A stretch of 56,309 bases of DNA from Bacteroidota bacterium (GCA_020049295.1 JAIFLC010000018.1:1-56309), one strand, 5' to 3'; counted from the first letter of the stretch, positions 1-12,973 are shown. The notes: generated by a model not told the origin, from the letters alone. A program made the numbers and translations.

Positions 1-497
1 TTGTAAACAACCTTGTTGATCAATTAAATAACGCAACACATTTTTATTTAGCTGATGCCAGTGAACTTAATGCAGAAATGACAGGCTTGCTCCGCAGAAA
101 GTGTTTCGAAAGCAACATTAAAATGTTGGTCGTAAAAAATACACTTCTGAAAAGAGCATTAGAGAAAACTGATTATAAAGTTGAAGAACTTTATAAAGTA
201 TTAGAAGGTCCAACTGCAATAATGTTTACTGAAACTGGTAATGCTCCTGCTAAACTGATTCAAGAATTTAGAAAAGCAAATGCCAAACCTATTTTAAAAG
301 GGGCATATGTTGAAGAATCAGTTTATGTTGGTGATGATCAGCTTGAAGTATTAGTTAATGTGAAATCTAAAGAAGAATTACTGGGTGATCTTATTGCATT
401 GTTGCAATCACCAATGAAAACTGTAATTTCACAACTTAAATCAGGAAATAATATCCTGGCTGGTGTTATGGAAACACTATCAGATAGAAAAGAATAA
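1..497 (+). CDS. rplJ: 50S ribosomal protein L10, 5'-truncated by the window edge
   Basis: The frame stays open from base 3 (VNNLVDQLNNATHFYLADASELNAEM...), upstream of the listed Met at 78. It sits directly upstream of rplL-rpoB-rpoC. The sequence is L10-like (KMLVVKNTLLKRAL, GPTAIMF). Confidence 0.85.
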   Translation, partial: VNNLVDQLNNATHFYLADASELNAEMTGLLRRKCFESNIKMLVVKNTLLKRALEKTDYKVEELYKVLEGPTAIMFTETGNAPAKLIQEFRKANAKPILKGAYVEESVYVGDDQLEVLVNVKSKEELLGDLIALLQSPMKTVISQLKSGNNILAGVMETLSDRKE

Positions 498-528
498 AAA
501 GTATAATTAATTTTAAAAATAGAGAAAA

Positions 529-900
529 ATGGCAGATTTAAAAGCGCTTGCAGAACAGTTAGTGAACTTAACTGTAAAAGATGTAAATGAGTTAGCAAAC
601 ATTTTAAAAGATGAGTATGGTATCGAACCTGCAGCAGCAGCTGTTGCAGTTGCTGGTCCTGCTGCTGGCCCAGCCGCAGCAGCAGAAAAAACAAGTTTTG
701 ATGTTGTCCTAAAAGCTGCTGGTGGTGCTAAATTACAAATCGTTAAATTAGTTAAAGAATTAACTGGTTTAGGTTTGAAAGAAGCTAAAGAATTAGTTGA
801 CGCTGCACCTAAAGCTGTTAAAGAAGGTGTATCAAAACAAGAAGCTGAAACATTAAAACAACAATTAGAAGAAGCAGGAGCAGAAGTTGAACTTAAATAG
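529..900 (+). CDS. rplL: 50S ribosomal protein L7/L12
   Basis: 123 aa with an Ala/Pro-rich hinge ([19 protein letters not shown]) and a C-terminal [19 protein letters not shown] motif. Position is canonical, between rplJ and rpoB. Confidence 0.95.
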   Translation: MADLKALAEQLVNLTVKDVNELANILKDEYGIEPAAAAVAVAGPAAGPAAAAEKTSFDVVLKAAGGAKLQIVKLVKELTGLGLKEAKELVDAAPKAVKEGVSKQEAETLKQQLEEAGAEVELK

Positions 901-926
901 GGTAAACCTAACATACTAATTTTCAG

Positions 927-964
927 GGTTTAGGGTCCTTTATTTAGGATTCTAAGCCTTTTTA
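927..964 (+). terminator. rplL-rpoB intergenic hairpin with T-run (attenuator or partial terminator)
   Basis: GGTTTAGGGTCCT (927-939) pairs with AGGATTCTAAGCC (946-958), including G-U pairs. The loop is TTATTT and TTTTT follows. Confidence 0.5.
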
Positions 965-1003
965 TTATCATTTTTGTTTGAGTTCAATTAATTCATTACG
1001 TAA

Positions 1004-4000
1004 ATGTCTTCAAAAATTACCAACAAACGAATTAGTTTCGCATCAACTAAAAATCAGCTGAAATATCCAGATTTTCTTGAAGTGCAATTAAAATCATTCA
1101 GAGAATTTTTTCAGCTTAATTCAACACCTGAAGATAGAAAGAAAGAAGGTTTATATCAGGTTTTTAGCGATAACTTTCCAATTACAGATACCAGAAATAA
1201 CTTTGTACTGGAATTCTTAGATTATTATATTGATCCTCCAAGATACTCTATAGAGGAATGTATTGAAAGAGGTTTAACATTTAGCATTCCATTAAAAGCG
1301 AAGCTTAAGTTATATTGTACAGATCCTGAACATGAGGATTTTGATACAGTAATTCAGGATGTATATCTTGGAACAGTTCCTTATATGACCGAAAGAGGTA
1401 CATTTGTTATTAATGGTGCTGAAAGAGTAATTGTATCGCAATTGCACAGATCTCCAGGGGTTTTCTTTGGACAAAGCTTGCATGCCAATGGTACAAAATT
1501 ATATTCAGCACGTATAATTCCCTTCCGAGGATCATGGATCGAATTTGCTACTGACATCAACAACGTGATGTATGCATATATCGATCGTAAAAAGAAATTA
1601 CCTGTAACCACTCTTTTAAGAGCTATTGGTTACGAAAGTGATAAGGAAATCCTTGAGATTTTTAACCTTGCTGATGAAGTTAAGGTGTCAAAATCAGGAT
1701 TAAAAAAATATGTTGGACAAAAGCTTGCTGCACGTGTTTTAAAATCATGGGTTGAAGATTTTGTTGACGAAGATACTGGTGAAGTGGTTACTATCGAACG
1801 TAATGAAGTAATTATCGATCGCGAAACCGTAATTGAAAATGAGCATATAGATCAGATTGTTGATTCTGGAACAAAAACAGTTTTGGTTCACAAGGAAGGT
1901 CAGAATATCGCTGATTATGCAATTATTTATAATACACTTCAAAAAGATCCATGTAACTCAGAAAAAGAAGCTGTTTTGCATATCTATCGTCAGTTGCGTA
2001 ATGCTGAACCACCTGATGAAGCTACAGCTCGTGATGTAATTGATAAATTATTTTTCTCCGATAAACGTTATGATCTTGGAGATGTTGGCCGTTATAGACT
2101 GAATAAAAAACTTGGTCTTGAAACCCCTGTAGATACAAAGGTTTTGACAAATGCTGATATCATCCAAATTATTAAATATTTAATTGAATTAATTAATTCG
2201 AAAACAGATGTAGATGATATTGACCACTTAAGTAATCGTAGGGTTAGAACAGTGGGCGAACAATTATCAAATCAGTTTGGAGTTGGTTTAGCCCGCATGG
2301 CAAGAACAATTCGTGAACGTATGAATGTACGAGATAACGAGGTATTTACTCCAATCGATCTGATTAATTCTAAAACTTTATCATCTGTTATAAATTCATT
2401 TTTTGGAACAAACCAGTTATCACAGTTTATGGATCAAACAAACCCATTGGGTGAGATGACTCATAAACGTCGTATGTCGGCATTAGGTCCTGGCGGTTTG
2501 TCTAGAGAAAGAGCTGGTTTTGAAGTTCGTGACGTTCATTATACCCACTATGGTCGTTTATGTCCGATTGAAACTCCTGAAGGTCCTAATATTGGTCTTA
2601 TTTCTTCACTTTGCGTTTATGCAAAAATCAATGATCTTGGTTTTATCGAAACCCCATACCGAAAAGTTGTTGAAGGTACGGTAAATTTGAAGAATGAAGG
2701 TATAATATTCCTGAGTGCAGAAGAGGAAGAAGGATTAATAATTGCCCAAGCAAATGCAAAGATTAGCGATGAAGGTAATTTTATCAATCCAAGGATAAAA
2801 ACAAGACTAGACGCTGATTATCCACTAGCAACTCCTGAAGAAGTGAATTTAATGGATGTTGCTCCAAACCAAATTGCTTCAATTGCTGCATCGCTTATTC
2901 CATTTTTGGAACATGATGATGCAAACCGTGCTCTTATGGGATCAAACATGATGCGCCAGGCAGTGCCTTTATTAGTACCTGAGGCTCCAATTGTTGGTAC
3001 TGGTTTAGAAGAACATGTTATTAGCGATGCCCGAATTCAGATTGTTGCTGAAGGTGAAGGTATAGTTGAGTACGTTGATGCTGAAGAAATAATTATTCGT
3101 TATGAACGTACTGAAGAAGAGCGATTTATTAGTTTTGATGATGATACTATAAGATATAAATTGCCAAAGTTTTCAAAGACAAATCAAAATACCTGCATAA
3201 ACCTTAAACCTATTGTACGTAAAGGACAAAAGGTAACTAATGGTCAGGTACTTACTGATGGATATGGAACTGAGAAAGGAGAACTTGCTCTTGGACGAAA
3301 CCTGAAGGTTGCATTTATGCCTTGGAAAGGTTATAACTTTGAGGATGCTATCGTTATCTCTGAAAATGTTGTAAAAAATGATGTATTTACATCAATTCAT
3401 ATTGATGAATATACTCTTGAAGTTCGTGATACCAAACGTGGTCTTGAAGAATTAACTGCTGATATACCAAATGTTAGCGAAGAAGCTACAAAGGACCTTG
3501 ATGAAAATGGATTAATTAGAATTGGTGCTCATGTTAAACCAGGCGATATTCTAATAGGTAAGATTACTCCAAAAGGAGAATCAGATCCATCTCCTGAAGA
3601 AAAACTCCTTAGAGCTATCTTTGGTGACAAAGCTGGTGATGTTAAAGATGCATCATTAAAAGCATCTCCATCATTAACCGGTGTTGTTATAGATAAGAAA
3701 TTATTCTCACGTGCAATTAAGGATAAGAAAGTTAAAAATACAGATAAAAACGAACTTGATACCGTTGAAAAAGAGTTTAGTCTAAAAGTTGAACAATTAA
3801 GCAATAAGCTAATTGATAAGTTATTTGTATTAGTTAACGGTAAAACCTCGCAAGGTGTTAAAGATTATTATAATGCTGATGTGGTTGCAAAAGGTGTGAA
3901 ATTTACTACGAAGATTTTACAGGAAATCGATTTTATGAATGTAAATCCGTATAAATGGACAACTGATAAAGAAAAAAATGATACAATCAGAAGCCTTATT

Positions 4001-4816
4001 CACAACTACATTGTTAAGTATAAGACACTTGATGCTCAGTTAAAACGTAAGAAATACAATATTACTATAGGAGACGAGCTTCCAACTGGTATTATTCAGA
4101 TGGCAAAAGTATATATTGCCAAGAAAAGAAAAGTTACTGTTGGAGATAAGATGGCTGGTCGACATGGAAATAAAGGTATTGTTGCAAAAATTGTTCGTGT
4201 TGAAGATATGCCATTCCTGGAAGACGGAACACCTGTTGATATAGTGCTTAACCCACTTGGAGTGCCTTCGCGTATGAACCTTGGCCAGATTTATGAGTCA
4301 GTATTGGCTTGGGCTGGTAAGAAACTGGGACTTAAGTTTGCAACACCAATTTTTGATGGTGCAACACTTGAACAGATTACCGAATATACGACCAAAGCTG
4401 GATTACCAGCATATGGAAAAACATATTTATACGATGGTGGTACGGGAGATCGTTTTGATCAACCTGCAACTGTAGGATTAATTTATATGTTGAAACTAGG
4501 TCACATGGTTGAAGATAAGATGCATGCCCGTTCAATTGGACCATACTCATTAATTACCCAACAACCACTAGGAGGTAAAGCTCAGTTTGGTGGTCAGCGT
4601 TTTGGTGAAATGGAGGTATGGGCACTTGAAGCATTTGGTGCATCAAATATTCTTCAGGAGATTCTAACAGTAAAATCTGACGATGTTAACGGTAGAGCTC
4701 GTGCATATGAAGCTATTGTTAAAGGTGAACCAATGCCACTGGCAGGTATCCCCGAGTCGTTAAATGTATTGTTACATGAACTTAGAGGATTAGGTTTAAG
4801 TGTAAACCTTGACTAA
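1004..4816 (+). CDS. rpoB: DNA-directed RNA polymerase beta subunit
   Basis: 1270 aa with hallmark beta-subunit blocks ([56 protein letters not shown]). Confidence 0.98.
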   Translation: MSSKITNKRISFASTKNQLKYPDFLEVQLKSFREFFQLNSTPEDRKKEGLYQVFSDNFPITDTRNNFVLEFLDYYIDPPRYSIEECIERGLTFSIPLKAKLKLYCTDPEHEDFDTVIQDVYLGTVPYMTERGTFVINGAERVIVSQLHRSPGVFFGQSLHANGTKLYSARIIPFRGSWIEFATDINNVMYAYIDRKKKLPVTTLLRAIGYESDKEILEIFNLADEVKVSKSGLKKYVGQKLAARVLKSWVEDFVDEDTGEVVTIERNEVIIDRETVIENEHIDQIVDSGTKTVLVHKEGQNIADYAIIYNTLQKDPCNSEKEAVLHIYRQLRNAEPPDEATARDVIDKLFFSDKRYDLGDVGRYRLNKKLGLETPVDTKVLTNADIIQIIKYLIELINSKTDVDDIDHLSNRRVRTVGEQLSNQFGVGLARMARTIRERMNVRDNEVFTPIDLINSKTLSSVINSFFGTNQLSQFMDQTNPLGEMTHKRRMSALGPGGLSRERAGFEVRDVHYTHYGRLCPIETPEGPNIGLISSLCVYAKINDLGFIETPYRKVVEGTVNLKNEGIIFLSAEEEEGLIIAQANAKISDEGNFINPRIKTRLDADYPLATPEEVNLMDVAPNQIASIAASLIPFLEHDDANRALMGSNMMRQAVPLLVPEAPIVGTGLEEHVISDARIQIVAEGEGIVEYVDAEEIIIRYERTEEERFISFDDDTIRYKLPKFSKTNQNTCINLKPIVRKGQKVTNGQVLTDGYGTEKGELALGRNLKVAFMPWKGYNFEDAIVISENVVKNDVFTSIHIDEYTLEVRDTKRGLEELTADIPNVSEEATKDLDENGLIRIGAHVKPGDILIGKITPKGESDPSPEEKLLRAIFGDKAGDVKDASLKASPSLTGVVIDKKLFSRAIKDKKVKNTDKNELDTVEKEFSLKVEQLSNKLIDKLFVLVNGKTSQGVKDYYNADVVAKGVKFTTKILQEIDFMNVNPYKWTTDKEKNDTIRSLIHNYIVKYKTLDAQLKRKKYNITIGDELPTGIIQMAKVYIAKKRKVTVGDKMAGRHGNKGIVAKIVRVEDMPFLEDGTPVDIVLNPLGVPSRMNLGQIYESVLAWAGKKLGLKFATPIFDGATLEQITEYTTKAGLPAYGKTYLYDGGTGDRFDQPATVGLIYMLKLGHMVEDKMHARSIGPYSLITQQPLGGKAQFGGQRFGEMEVWALEAFGASNILQEILTVKSDDVNGRARAYEAIVKGEPMPLAGIPESLNVLLHELRGLGLSVNLD

Positions 4817-4823
4817 ATCTATT

Positions 4824-4856
4824 GAATGCTGTTAAATCAGCATTCTTTACTGTTTT
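4824..4856 (+). terminator. rpoB-rpoC intergenic hairpin, weak attenuator-like
   Basis: GAATGCTG (4824-4831) pairs with CAGCATTC (4838-4845). TTTACTGTTTTT follows. Confidence 0.3.
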
Positions 4857-4885
4857 TATTATTTACTATTTTTAATATTTAAGAT

Positions 4886-7800
4886 ATGTCATTCAGAAGA
4901 GATAATAAGGTAAAGACAAATTTTACAAAAATCTCTATTGGTTTGGCTTCACCCGAGGAAGTTCTCGAACGTTCTAGTGGAGAAGTTTTAAAACCAGAGA
5001 CAATAAACTACAGAACATACAAACCTGAGCGCGATGGACTTTTCTGCGAAAGAATTTTTGGTCCGGTAAAAGACTATGAATGCCATTGTGGTAAATATAA
5101 GCGAATTAGGTATAAAGGTATTGTTTGTGACCGTTGTGGTGTTGAAGTTACCGAGAAAAAGGTACGTCGCGAAAGAATGGGACACATATCATTAGTGGTT
5201 CCAGTAGCACATATTTGGTATTTTAAATCATTACCTAACAAGATTGGATACCTGTTAGGATTGCCTACCAAAAAACTCGATTCAATTATTTATTACGAAA
5301 GGTATGTTGTTATTAATCCTGGGATTAAAGCAGCTGATGGAGTAAATTATCTGGATTTCTTAACGGAAGAAGAATACCTTGATATCCTTGAATCATTACC
5401 AAAAGAAAATCAATATCTTGATGATTCTGATCCAAATAAGTTCATTGCTGATATGGGTGCTGAAGCTCTTTATAAGTTATTAGCACGTATTGAACTTGAT
5501 GAATTATCTTATTCGTTAAGACATAAAGCAAATACAGAAACTTCTCAGCAACGTAAAAATGAAGCATTGAAGCGATTAAACGTTGTGGAAGCATTTCGTG
5601 CCTCAAAAGGAATTAACCGTCCTGAATGGATGGTTGTTAAAGTTGTTCCTGTTATTCCACCAGAATTAAGACCATTAGTTCCTTTAGATGGTGGACGTTT
5701 TGCTACTTCTGATTTGAATGATTTATACCGAAGAGTTATTATACGAAATAATCGTCTGAAAAGACTAATCGAAATAAAAGCTCCAGAAGTAATTCTACGT
5801 AATGAAAAACGTATGTTACAGGAAGCTGTTGACTCATTATTCGATAACTCTAGAAAATCAAATGCTGTTAAAACTGATTCAAACAGAGCCCTTAAATCAT
5901 TAAGTGATAGTTTGAAGGGTAAACAAGGTCGTTTCCGTCAGAATTTGTTGGGTAAACGTGTTGACTATTCAGCTCGTTCAGTTATTGTTGTTGGTCCTGA
6001 GTTAAAATTACACGAATGCGGATTGCCAAAAGATATGGCTGCTGAACTTTACAAACCATTTGTTATCAGAAAACTGATCGAAAGAGGTATTGTAAAAACA
6101 GTTAAATCTGCTAAGAAAATTGTTGATCGTAAAGATCCTGTTGTTTGGGATATATTAGAAAATGTACTTAAAGGACATCCTGTTTTGTTAAACCGTGCTC
6201 CAACATTGCACCGTTTAGGTATTCAGGCTTTCCAACCTAAATTAATAGAAGGTAAAGCAATTCAATTACACCCATTGGTTTGTACTGCATTTAATGCTGA
6301 CTTTGATGGTGACCAGATGGCGGTGCACTTACCACTAGGTAATCCAGCTGTGCTTGAAGCTCAGATGTTGATGCTTGCTTCACATAATATTCTTAATCCT
6401 GCTAATGGAGCCCCAATTACTGTTCCTTCGCAGGACATGGTTCTTGGTTTGTATTATATTACAAAGCAACGTCCAAAAGCAAAAGGTGAAGGATTAAAGT
6501 TTTATTCACCCCAGGAAGTTATAATTGCGTATAATGAAGGTGCTGTTGCTCTTCATGCAATTATTAAGGTTAAAGTTGACGATATTGTCGATGGAAAACC
6601 TGTACGTAGAATGATCGAAACTTCAGTAGGACGTGTTTTATTTAATCAATTTGTACCTAAAGCAGTTGGTTATATCAATGAATTATTAACAAAAAAATCA
6701 TTAAGAGATATAATCAGTAATGTATTAAAGAAAACCGGAACTGATTCTACAGCAAGGTTCCTTGATGATATCAAAGATCTTGGATATATGATGGCTTTTA
6801 AAGGGGGACTTTCATTTAACCTTGACGATGTTATTATACCAAAAGAAAAAGATGAACTTGTAGCTAATGGATATGAGCAGGTTGATGAGGTGTTGAATAA
6901 CTATAATATGGGTTTTATTACCAATAACGAAAGGTATAACCAGATTATTGATATTTGGACACACATTAATGCTAAGCTTACACAAACATTAATGAAGAAA
7001 CTCTCGACAGATAATCAGGGATTCAACTCAGTTTATATGATGTTGGACTCTGGAGCTAGAGGTTCTAAAGAACAAATTCGTCAGCTTTCTGGTATGAGAG
7101 GTCTTATGGCAAAACCACAAAAATCTGGTAGCTCTGGTTCTGAGATTATCGAAAACCCAATTCTTTCTAACTTTAAAGAAGGACTTTCGGTACTTGAGTA
7201 TTTTATCTCCACCCACGGTGCTCGTAAAGGTTTGGCTGATACAGCGTTAAAAACAGCAGATGCTGGTTACTTAACACGACGTTTGGTTGACGTTTCGCAA
7301 GATGTTATTATTAATGAAGAAGATTGTGGAACATTACGCGGACTAACTGCTACAGCAATCAAGAAAAATGAGGAAATTGTTGAAACTTTATATGAAAGAA
7401 TTCTTGGTAGAACTACTGTACATAATGTTTATCATCCATTAACCGGAGAATTGGTTATTGGAAACGGAGAAGAAATAACAGAGGAAATTGCTAATAAAAT
7501 TACAAATTCTCCAATCGAACAAGTTGAGATTCGTTCAGTGTTAACTTGCGAATCTAAAAACGGAGTTTGTGCAAAATGTTATGGACGTAATCTATCCACT
7601 GGTAAAATGGTTCAGAGAGGCGAGGCTGTTGGTGTTATTGCAGCCCAGTCAATAGGTGAACCTGGTACACAGCTTACATTACGTACTTTCCACGTTGGGG
7701 GTACTGCATCTAATATTGCTGCAGACTCTACAATACGTGCAAAATATGATGGTATAGCTGAGATTGAAGAATTACGTACTGTTGAGAAAGTAGATGAAAC

Positions 7801-9145
7801 TGGTGTAAAAGTAAATATTGTAATTGGCCGATTGGCTGAGATGAGGATAGTTGATAAAAACACAAGTATTGTTTTATCTACTCATACCATTCCATATGGT
7901 TCGAAATTATTTATTAAGAACGGTAGTGAAGTTAAAAAGGATACATTGATATGTGAATGGGATCCATATAATGCAGTTATTATATCTGAAGCTACCGGGA
8001 AATTAGAGTTTGACAGTGTTATCGAAGGGATCACATTTAAAGAAGAATCTGACGAGCAAACTGGTTTCAGAGAAAAAGTTATCATTGAATCTCGTGATAA
8101 GAAAAAGAATCCTGGATTACGATTATTAAATAAGAATGGAGAAGAGATAAAAATTTATAACTTGCCTGTTGGTGCTCATATGAACATCGAAGATGGACAA
8201 ACTGTTAAAGCAGGTGAGATTTTAGCTAAGATTCCTCGTGCAATTGGTAAATCGGGTGATATCACCGGTGGTTTACCAAGGGTTACTGAGCTTTTTGAAG
8301 CGAGAAATCCATCAAATCCAGCAGTTGTTTCTGAAATTGACGGTGAAGTTACGTTTGGAAAAATTAAACGTGGTAACAGAGAGATTCTCGTTACATCAAA
8401 AGCAGGTGAGGTTAAAAAATATCTCGTTCCTCTATCAAAACAAATTCTTGTTCAGGAAAACGACTATGTAAGAGCTGGTATTTCATTATCTGATGGAGCT
8501 ACTACTCCTTCTGATATTTTGGCAATTAAAGGTCCTACAAAAGTTCAGGAATATATTGTTGATGAGGTTCAGGAAGTATATCGTTTGCAGGGTGTGAAAA
8601 TCAACGATAAGCATTTTGAAGTTATTGTAAGACAGATGATGCGTAAGGTTGAAATCGAAGACCAGGGAGACACTAAATTTCTTGAAAAACAAGTTGTTGA
8701 TAAATGGGAGTTTATGGATGAAAACGACTGGATTTATGATAAAAAAGTGATTGTAGAACCAGGTGACTCTCAGATATTCAAAGCGGGTATGATTGTTACT
8801 TCACGTAAACTCAGAGACGAAAACTCTATGTTAAAACGTAAAGATCTTAAATTGGTTGAAGCACGTGATGCCGTTCCTGCAACATCAAGTCAGGTGTTAC
8901 AAGGTATTACTAGAGCTGCATTGCAAACTAAGAGCTTTATGTCGGCTGCTTCGTTTCAGGAAACTACGAAAGTTCTTAATGAAGCTGCTATTCATGGAAA
9001 GATTGATTACCTTGAAGGTTTGAAAGAAAACGTGATTGTTGGTCATAAAATACCTGCAGGTACAGGTCTTCGTGAATATGAAAAGATTATTGTAGGCTCT
9101 CTTGAAGAATACGATAATCTGGTATCATCAAAAAAACGTGATTAG
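4886..9145 (+). CDS. rpoC: DNA-directed RNA polymerase beta-prime subunit
   Basis: 1419 aa with a zinc finger ([23 protein letters not shown]), the catalytic [12 protein letters not shown] motif and the [15 protein letters not shown] block. Confidence 0.98.
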   Translation: MSFRRDNKVKTNFTKISIGLASPEEVLERSSGEVLKPETINYRTYKPERDGLFCERIFGPVKDYECHCGKYKRIRYKGIVCDRCGVEVTEKKVRRERMGHISLVVPVAHIWYFKSLPNKIGYLLGLPTKKLDSIIYYERYVVINPGIKAADGVNYLDFLTEEEYLDILESLPKENQYLDDSDPNKFIADMGAEALYKLLARIELDELSYSLRHKANTETSQQRKNEALKRLNVVEAFRASKGINRPEWMVVKVVPVIPPELRPLVPLDGGRFATSDLNDLYRRVIIRNNRLKRLIEIKAPEVILRNEKRMLQEAVDSLFDNSRKSNAVKTDSNRALKSLSDSLKGKQGRFRQNLLGKRVDYSARSVIVVGPELKLHECGLPKDMAAELYKPFVIRKLIERGIVKTVKSAKKIVDRKDPVVWDILENVLKGHPVLLNRAPTLHRLGIQAFQPKLIEGKAIQLHPLVCTAFNADFDGDQMAVHLPLGNPAVLEAQMLMLASHNILNPANGAPITVPSQDMVLGLYYITKQRPKAKGEGLKFYSPQEVIIAYNEGAVALHAIIKVKVDDIVDGKPVRRMIETSVGRVLFNQFVPKAVGYINELLTKKSLRDIISNVLKKTGTDSTARFLDDIKDLGYMMAFKGGLSFNLDDVIIPKEKDELVANGYEQVDEVLNNYNMGFITNNERYNQIIDIWTHINAKLTQTLMKKLSTDNQGFNSVYMMLDSGARGSKEQIRQLSGMRGLMAKPQKSGSSGSEIIENPILSNFKEGLSVLEYFISTHGARKGLADTALKTADAGYLTRRLVDVSQDVIINEEDCGTLRGLTATAIKKNEEIVETLYERILGRTTVHNVYHPLTGELVIGNGEEITEEIANKITNSPIEQVEIRSVLTCESKNGVCAKCYGRNLSTGKMVQRGEAVGVIAAQSIGEPGTQLTLRTFHVGGTASNIAADSTIRAKYDGIAEIEELRTVEKVDETGVKVNIVIGRLAEMRIVDKNTSIVLSTHTIPYGSKLFIKNGSEVKKDTLICEWDPYNAVIISEATGKLEFDSVIEGITFKEESDEQTGFREKVIIESRDKKKNPGLRLLNKNGEEIKIYNLPVGAHMNIEDGQTVKAGEILAKIPRAIGKSGDITGGLPRVTELFEARNPSNPAVVSEIDGEVTFGKIKRGNREILVTSKAGEVKKYLVPLSKQILVQENDYVRAGISLSDGATTPSDILAIKGPTKVQEYIVDEVQEVYRLQGVKINDKHFEVIVRQMMRKVEIEDQGDTKFLEKQVVDKWEFMDENDWIYDKKVIVEPGDSQIFKAGMIVTSRKLRDENSMLKRKDLKLVEARDAVPATSSQVLQGITRAALQTKSFMSAASFQETTKVLNEAAIHGKIDYLEGLKENVIVGHKIPAGTGLREYEKIIVGSLEEYDNLVSSKKRD

Positions 9146-9166
9146 TTTGTTTAGAAAATATAGAGC

Positions 9167-9487
9167 ATGGAAGACGATAAAAGGCCAAAAGGTCAGATAA
9201 ATATTGATTTAAAGGAAGATATTGCACAAGGTATTTATTCAAACCTTGCGATAATAACTCATTCAAGTGCTGAATTTGTTCTTGATTTTGTTAGAGTAAT
9301 GCCTGGAGTTCCTAAAGCGGAAGTAAAATCAAGGATTATTTTAACTCCAGAACATGCAAAGCGATTTATGAATGCCTTAAAAGACAACATTTCCAAATTT
9401 GAAAGTGTACATGGACCAATTAAGAAAACTGATGATGGAGGTTCTATGATACCTATGAACTTTGGCGGACCAACAGCTCAAGCCTAA
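9167..9487 (+). CDS. DUF3467-like small protein
   Basis: 106 aa immediately after rpoC. The sequence (YSNLAIITHSSAEFVLDFV...RIILTPEHAKRF) matches my recollection of the DUF3467 family, which commonly follows rpoC in Bacteroidota. Confidence 0.65.
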   Translation: MEDDKRPKGQINIDLKEDIAQGIYSNLAIITHSSAEFVLDFVRVMPGVPKAEVKSRIILTPEHAKRFMNALKDNISKFESVHGPIKKTDDGGSMIPMNFGGPTAQA

Positions 9488-9503
9488 GACATATAATTTA
9501 ATT

Positions 9504-9537
9504 AAAAAGGGCGAATCACAGATTCGCCCTTTTTTTA
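9504..9537. terminator. bidirectional rho-independent terminator
   Basis: GGGCGAATC (9509-9517) pairs with GATTCGCCC (9521-9529). An A-run lies upstream and TTTTTTT downstream. It sits between convergent genes. A second hairpin, GTAAGCCCTG...CAGGGCTTAC, lies at 9541-9579. Confidence 0.8.
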
Positions 9538-9588
9538 TTGTAAGCCCTGTGAGGGTTTTAAACTCTCGCAGGGCTTACTCTTATAATT

Positions 9589-10848
9589 CTAGACGAGAAA
9601 TAATTTCCAGATTACATAATAAATACAAAATCCGGTTAATACGATTAATCCTACCCAGGATAAAATCCGTAGCCATAACTTTGGCTGATGTTCTTTAGGA
9701 ACATTCTCTCCTGTAATTACTTTGTAGTTCATATATCCTAAAACAGGAGCAGTAAGAAAGGATAAGGTCGTTGCCAAATCAACTAAGAAACTCATTCCTT
9801 TTAAAAAGAAAGCAATGATTATAAGCGTCCCTGATAATAATAGACCAAGCCATAACCAAGAAAGCCAATTCCATTTTTCAGAATCGGTCCTTTTAAGTTT
9901 TGGAAAAACTAATTCGGTAGCAGGTTTCATAACTCTCGGATAAGCATCGAGGCATGTTAGAGCAGTACTCGACATGGTAGTTAATGCTGCAATTGCAATT
10001 AAAAAGTATGCCCAATTACCCATTGTGGATGTAAAAAGATTAATTAGCTGGCCAGAAAAAACAGTTCCATTTTCAGAGAATGTTTCACCAGTTCCGTACA
10101 TTACAAGTGCCCCTAATGCAACAAATCCAATTGAAAGAACTGCAGTTCCGATGTAACCTATATTAAAATCAAAAAGAGACTCCTTAATAGTTGGTACATG
10201 TTTTCCTTCCTTACTTTTTGCAAGTGACCAAAACGAATGCCATACGGAAATATCTATAGCAGATGGCATCCATCCTGCAATTGCAATAAGTAGTGCGATA
10301 TCTGTAAATTTCCAATTAAACTCCTTGGTAAATTCTGGATTTGGGTGAAATCCTTTAGAGGCGGCAAAGCAGACAGCAATTATTGTTGATGTAGCCAAAA
10401 GTATAACGATAAACTTCATCAGTTTATCTAACAAAGAATACTTGCCAATTGCAACAATAGCTGAACCAATAGCTAATATAGTTAGTGCCCAATTGAATGT
10501 TGACATAATATCACTAAAAACAAAAGAAAAAATCCCTGCAGTTACTACTGTAATTGCTGCTTGCAGAGTAAACATGGTTGCTAGAGTTAATAAAATATAA
10601 ACAATTAAAGCCCATTTGCCAAGTCGTTTATATCCATCGAGTAAACTCTCACCAGTGGCTACCGCATACCGGGGCCCAAATTCAAAAAAAGGATATTTGA
10701 AAAGATTGACTAATAGTATGATTAGTACTAATTGAAATCCATAAATTGCTCCAGCACGTGTTGATTGAACAAGGTGTGATACACCGATGGCTGCTCCAGC
10801 CCATAGCAAACCTGGGCCTAAAGAACGAAGGAGATTTCTTGTATTCAT
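9589..10848 (-). CDS. NRAMP-family divalent metal (Mn/Fe) transporter
   Basis: Polytopic membrane protein with an NRAMP-like N-terminus (LGPGLLWAGAAIGVSHLVQSTRAGAIYGF). I prefer the ATG at 10848 (MNTRNLL) over the TTG at 10869 used by the ORF track. Confidence 0.8.
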   Translation of the reverse strand: MNTRNLLRSLGPGLLWAGAAIGVSHLVQSTRAGAIYGFQLVLIILLVNLFKYPFFEFGPRYAVATGESLLDGYKRLGKWALIVYILLTLATMFTLQAAITVVTAGIFSFVFSDIMSTFNWALTILAIGSAIVAIGKYSLLDKLMKFIVILLATSTIIAVCFAASKGFHPNPEFTKEFNWKFTDIALLIAIAGWMPSAIDISVWHSFWSLAKSKEGKHVPTIKESLFDFNIGYIGTAVLSIGFVALGALVMYGTGETFSENGTVFSGQLINLFTSTMGNWAYFLIAIAALTTMSSTALTCLDAYPRVMKPATELVFPKLKRTDSEKWNWLSWLWLGLLLSGTLIIIAFFLKGMSFLVDLATTLSFLTAPVLGYMNYKVITGENVPKEHQPKLWLRILSWVGLIVLTGFCIYYVIWKLFLV

Positions 10849-11024
10849 ATTCGGAATTTTAAAATCCAAATTTAGTAATTTGATGGCATCGTTAATAGAA
10901 TGAGGAAGATTTGTTTTAAACCTGAAATGAACAGTTTAATTTGATTATTGACGCTTTTGTTCATCATTGATTTGCCTAAAATATTGATATTTCGAAGATA
11001 TTTGTTTTGTTTAGCACTTATTTT

Positions 11025-11032
11025 TATATTTG
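11025..11032 (+). promoter_or_regulatory. candidate Bacteroidota -7 box (TATATTTG) upstream of etfB
   Basis: Exact match to the TAnnTTTG consensus, about 160 nt upstream of the etfB ATG. No other support. Confidence 0.25.
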
Positions 11033-11193
11033 CCAACCATATCGATTCTAGTTTTTTTCGAATCGCTTTTAGATATATTTTAATATTTGTATTAAAATCT
11101 ATAAAAACAGATTAATGTAATATCAAAAACGATTATAAATTTTAGAATCATTAAAAAAAGAATAATTTAATTATTAACTTAAATAAAGAGTAA

Positions 11194-11943
11194 ATGAGAA
11201 TTTTGATTTGCTTAAGCAATGTTCCGGACACTACTACAAAAGCGAAATTTGTAAATGACAATAAAGCTTTTGATACTGCCGGAGTACAATGGATTATAAA
11301 CCCATGGGATGAACTTGCATTAACCCGTGCTTTAGAACTTAAAGCGAATGCAGCCAATGGAATTCAAAAAGTAACAGTAATTACGGTAGGTAAAGCTGAT
11401 GCAGAACCTACTATTCGCAAAGCACTTGCAATTGGTGCAGATGATGCTGTTCGTATTGATGCTGAACCTAAAGATGCATATTTTGTAGCTGCTCAGATTG
11501 CCGAATATGTTAAAACAAATCCTTACGACATCATTGTTAATGGTATTGAATCAAGTGATTATAATGGTTCTGCAGTTGGCGGAATGGTAGCAGAATTTTT
11601 AAATATTCCTTCAGTTTCTGCGGTTTCATCATTAGAAGTTGCGAATGGTGAAGTAAAGATTACAAGAGAGATTGATGGCGGTAAGGAAGTTGTAAAATCA
11701 CAAATCCCTGTTTTATTAGTTGTTCAAAAAGGTATTGCAAAAGAGCCTATGATTGCAGCTATGCGTGGTATTATGATGGCAAAAACTAAACCTCTTGCTG
11801 TTGTTGCTCCTCAAGCAATTGATGCATTAACAGAGATTGTGAGTTTTGAGTTGCCAAAACCAAAACCAGCATGTAAAATGATTGATTCTGAAAACGTAAA
11901 AGAACTTGTTAATCTTCTACAAAACGAGGCTAAAGTAATTTAG
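11194..11943 (+). CDS. etfB: electron transfer flavoprotein beta subunit
   Basis: 249 aa with an EtfB-like N-terminus (ILICLSNVPDTTTK...INPWDELALTRALELK), followed directly by etfA. Confidence 0.9.
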   Translation: MRILICLSNVPDTTTKAKFVNDNKAFDTAGVQWIINPWDELALTRALELKANAANGIQKVTVITVGKADAEPTIRKALAIGADDAVRIDAEPKDAYFVAAQIAEYVKTNPYDIIVNGIESSDYNGSAVGGMVAEFLNIPSVSAVSSLEVANGEVKITREIDGGKEVVKSQIPVLLVVQKGIAKEPMIAAMRGIMMAKTKPLAVVAPQAIDALTEIVSFELPKPKPACKMIDSENVKELVNLLQNEAKVI

Positions 11944-11991
11944 TAATCAATCAATTAATTAACCAAAATTCGAATTTAATAAATTAGAAAT

Positions 11992-12948
11992 ATGTCAGTA
12001 TTAGTATTTACAGAAAACTGGGATGGTAAATTCAAAAAACAATCGTTTGAATTGGTTTCGTATGCAAGTAAAGTTGCCGGAATGTTAAACACCCAAACTG
12101 TAGCCCTTTCAATAGGAAATGTACAGGAAGATGAATTAAAAAAATTAGCTACCTATTCGGCTGATAAAATTATTAAGGTTAACAATGATAACCTTAAAAA
12201 TCTGGATAATCAGGCTTATACTTCAGTTATAGCTCAGGTTGCTGAAAAACATGGTGCTAAAGTGGTAATTATTGCAAACAATAATACAGGTAAAGCTCTT
12301 GCCCCAAGATTATCAGTAAGACTTAAGGCAGGATTAGGATCAGCAGTATCAAAATTGCCCACAAGCGTTGAGCCATTTACAATCTATAAAAAAGCATTAT
12401 CAGGCAAGGCTTTTGCAAACGTGGTTATAAAGTCAGATATTAAGATTATTACTTTATCGCAGAATTCTTACGAATTTAGTGAAAATCCAAAAACAGCTTC
12501 AATGGAAACTTTTGAGCCAGTATTGGATGCTATAAAAACAAATGTTACAGATGTTCAGAAACAAACAGGCAAATTAATTCTTACCGATGCTGAAATAGTT
12601 GTTTCAGGTGGTCGTGGTATGAAATCACCTGATAACTGGGGTCCTATTGAAGAACTCGCAAAAGTTCTTGGTGCAGCAACAGCTTGTTCTCGTCCTGTAT
12701 CTGACGAAGGTTGGAGACCTCATGAGGAACATACTGGTCAAACTGGTAAAATTGTAGCCCCTAATCTTTATATCGCTGTAGGTATTTCAGGTGCAATTCA
12801 ACACCTTGCTGGTATCAGCTCATCGAAATGTATTGTTGCTATTAATACCGATAAAGATGCTCCAATTTTTGAGGCAGCAAATTATGGTATTATAGGCGAT
12901 GCAGCTAAAGTTTTACCAGCATTTATTCAAGCTGTTAAAGAAAGGTAA
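11992..12948 (+). CDS. etfA: electron transfer flavoprotein alpha subunit
   Basis: 318 aa with the C-terminal FAD-binding block (VVSGGRGM...CSRPVSDEGW...GQTGKIVAPNLYIAVGISGAIQHLAG). Confidence 0.9.
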   Translation: MSVLVFTENWDGKFKKQSFELVSYASKVAGMLNTQTVALSIGNVQEDELKKLATYSADKIIKVNNDNLKNLDNQAYTSVIAQVAEKHGAKVVIIANNNTGKALAPRLSVRLKAGLGSAVSKLPTSVEPFTIYKKALSGKAFANVVIKSDIKIITLSQNSYEFSENPKTASMETFEPVLDAIKTNVTDVQKQTGKLILTDAEIVVSGGRGMKSPDNWGPIEELAKVLGAATACSRPVSDEGWRPHEEHTGQTGKIVAPNLYIAVGISGAIQHLAGISSSKCIVAINTDKDAPIFEAANYGIIGDAAKVLPAFIQAVKER

Positions 12949-12973
12949 TACCTATTTTTTTCTATATATGACT

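Noticed and set aside
338-914. Antisense ORFs 338-694 and 513-914 overlapping rplJ/rplL.
   Set aside because: They are shadow ORFs opposite highly conserved ribosomal protein genes. Their composition is low-complexity (Gln/Leu or Ala/Ser runs mirroring the L12 hinge), and they have no independent signals.
1381-8692. Many 60-90 aa ORFs on either strand inside rpoB and rpoC (for example 1381-1611, 3529-3804, 7612-7863, 8238-8471).
   Set aside because: All are nested in two long, unambiguous RNA polymerase genes. They are typical chance ORFs in AT-rich DNA.
9462-9698. 78-aa plus-strand ORF spanning the terminators after DUF3467.
   Set aside because: It runs through two terminator hairpins and into the 3' end of the convergent NRAMP gene. 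It shows no coding features.
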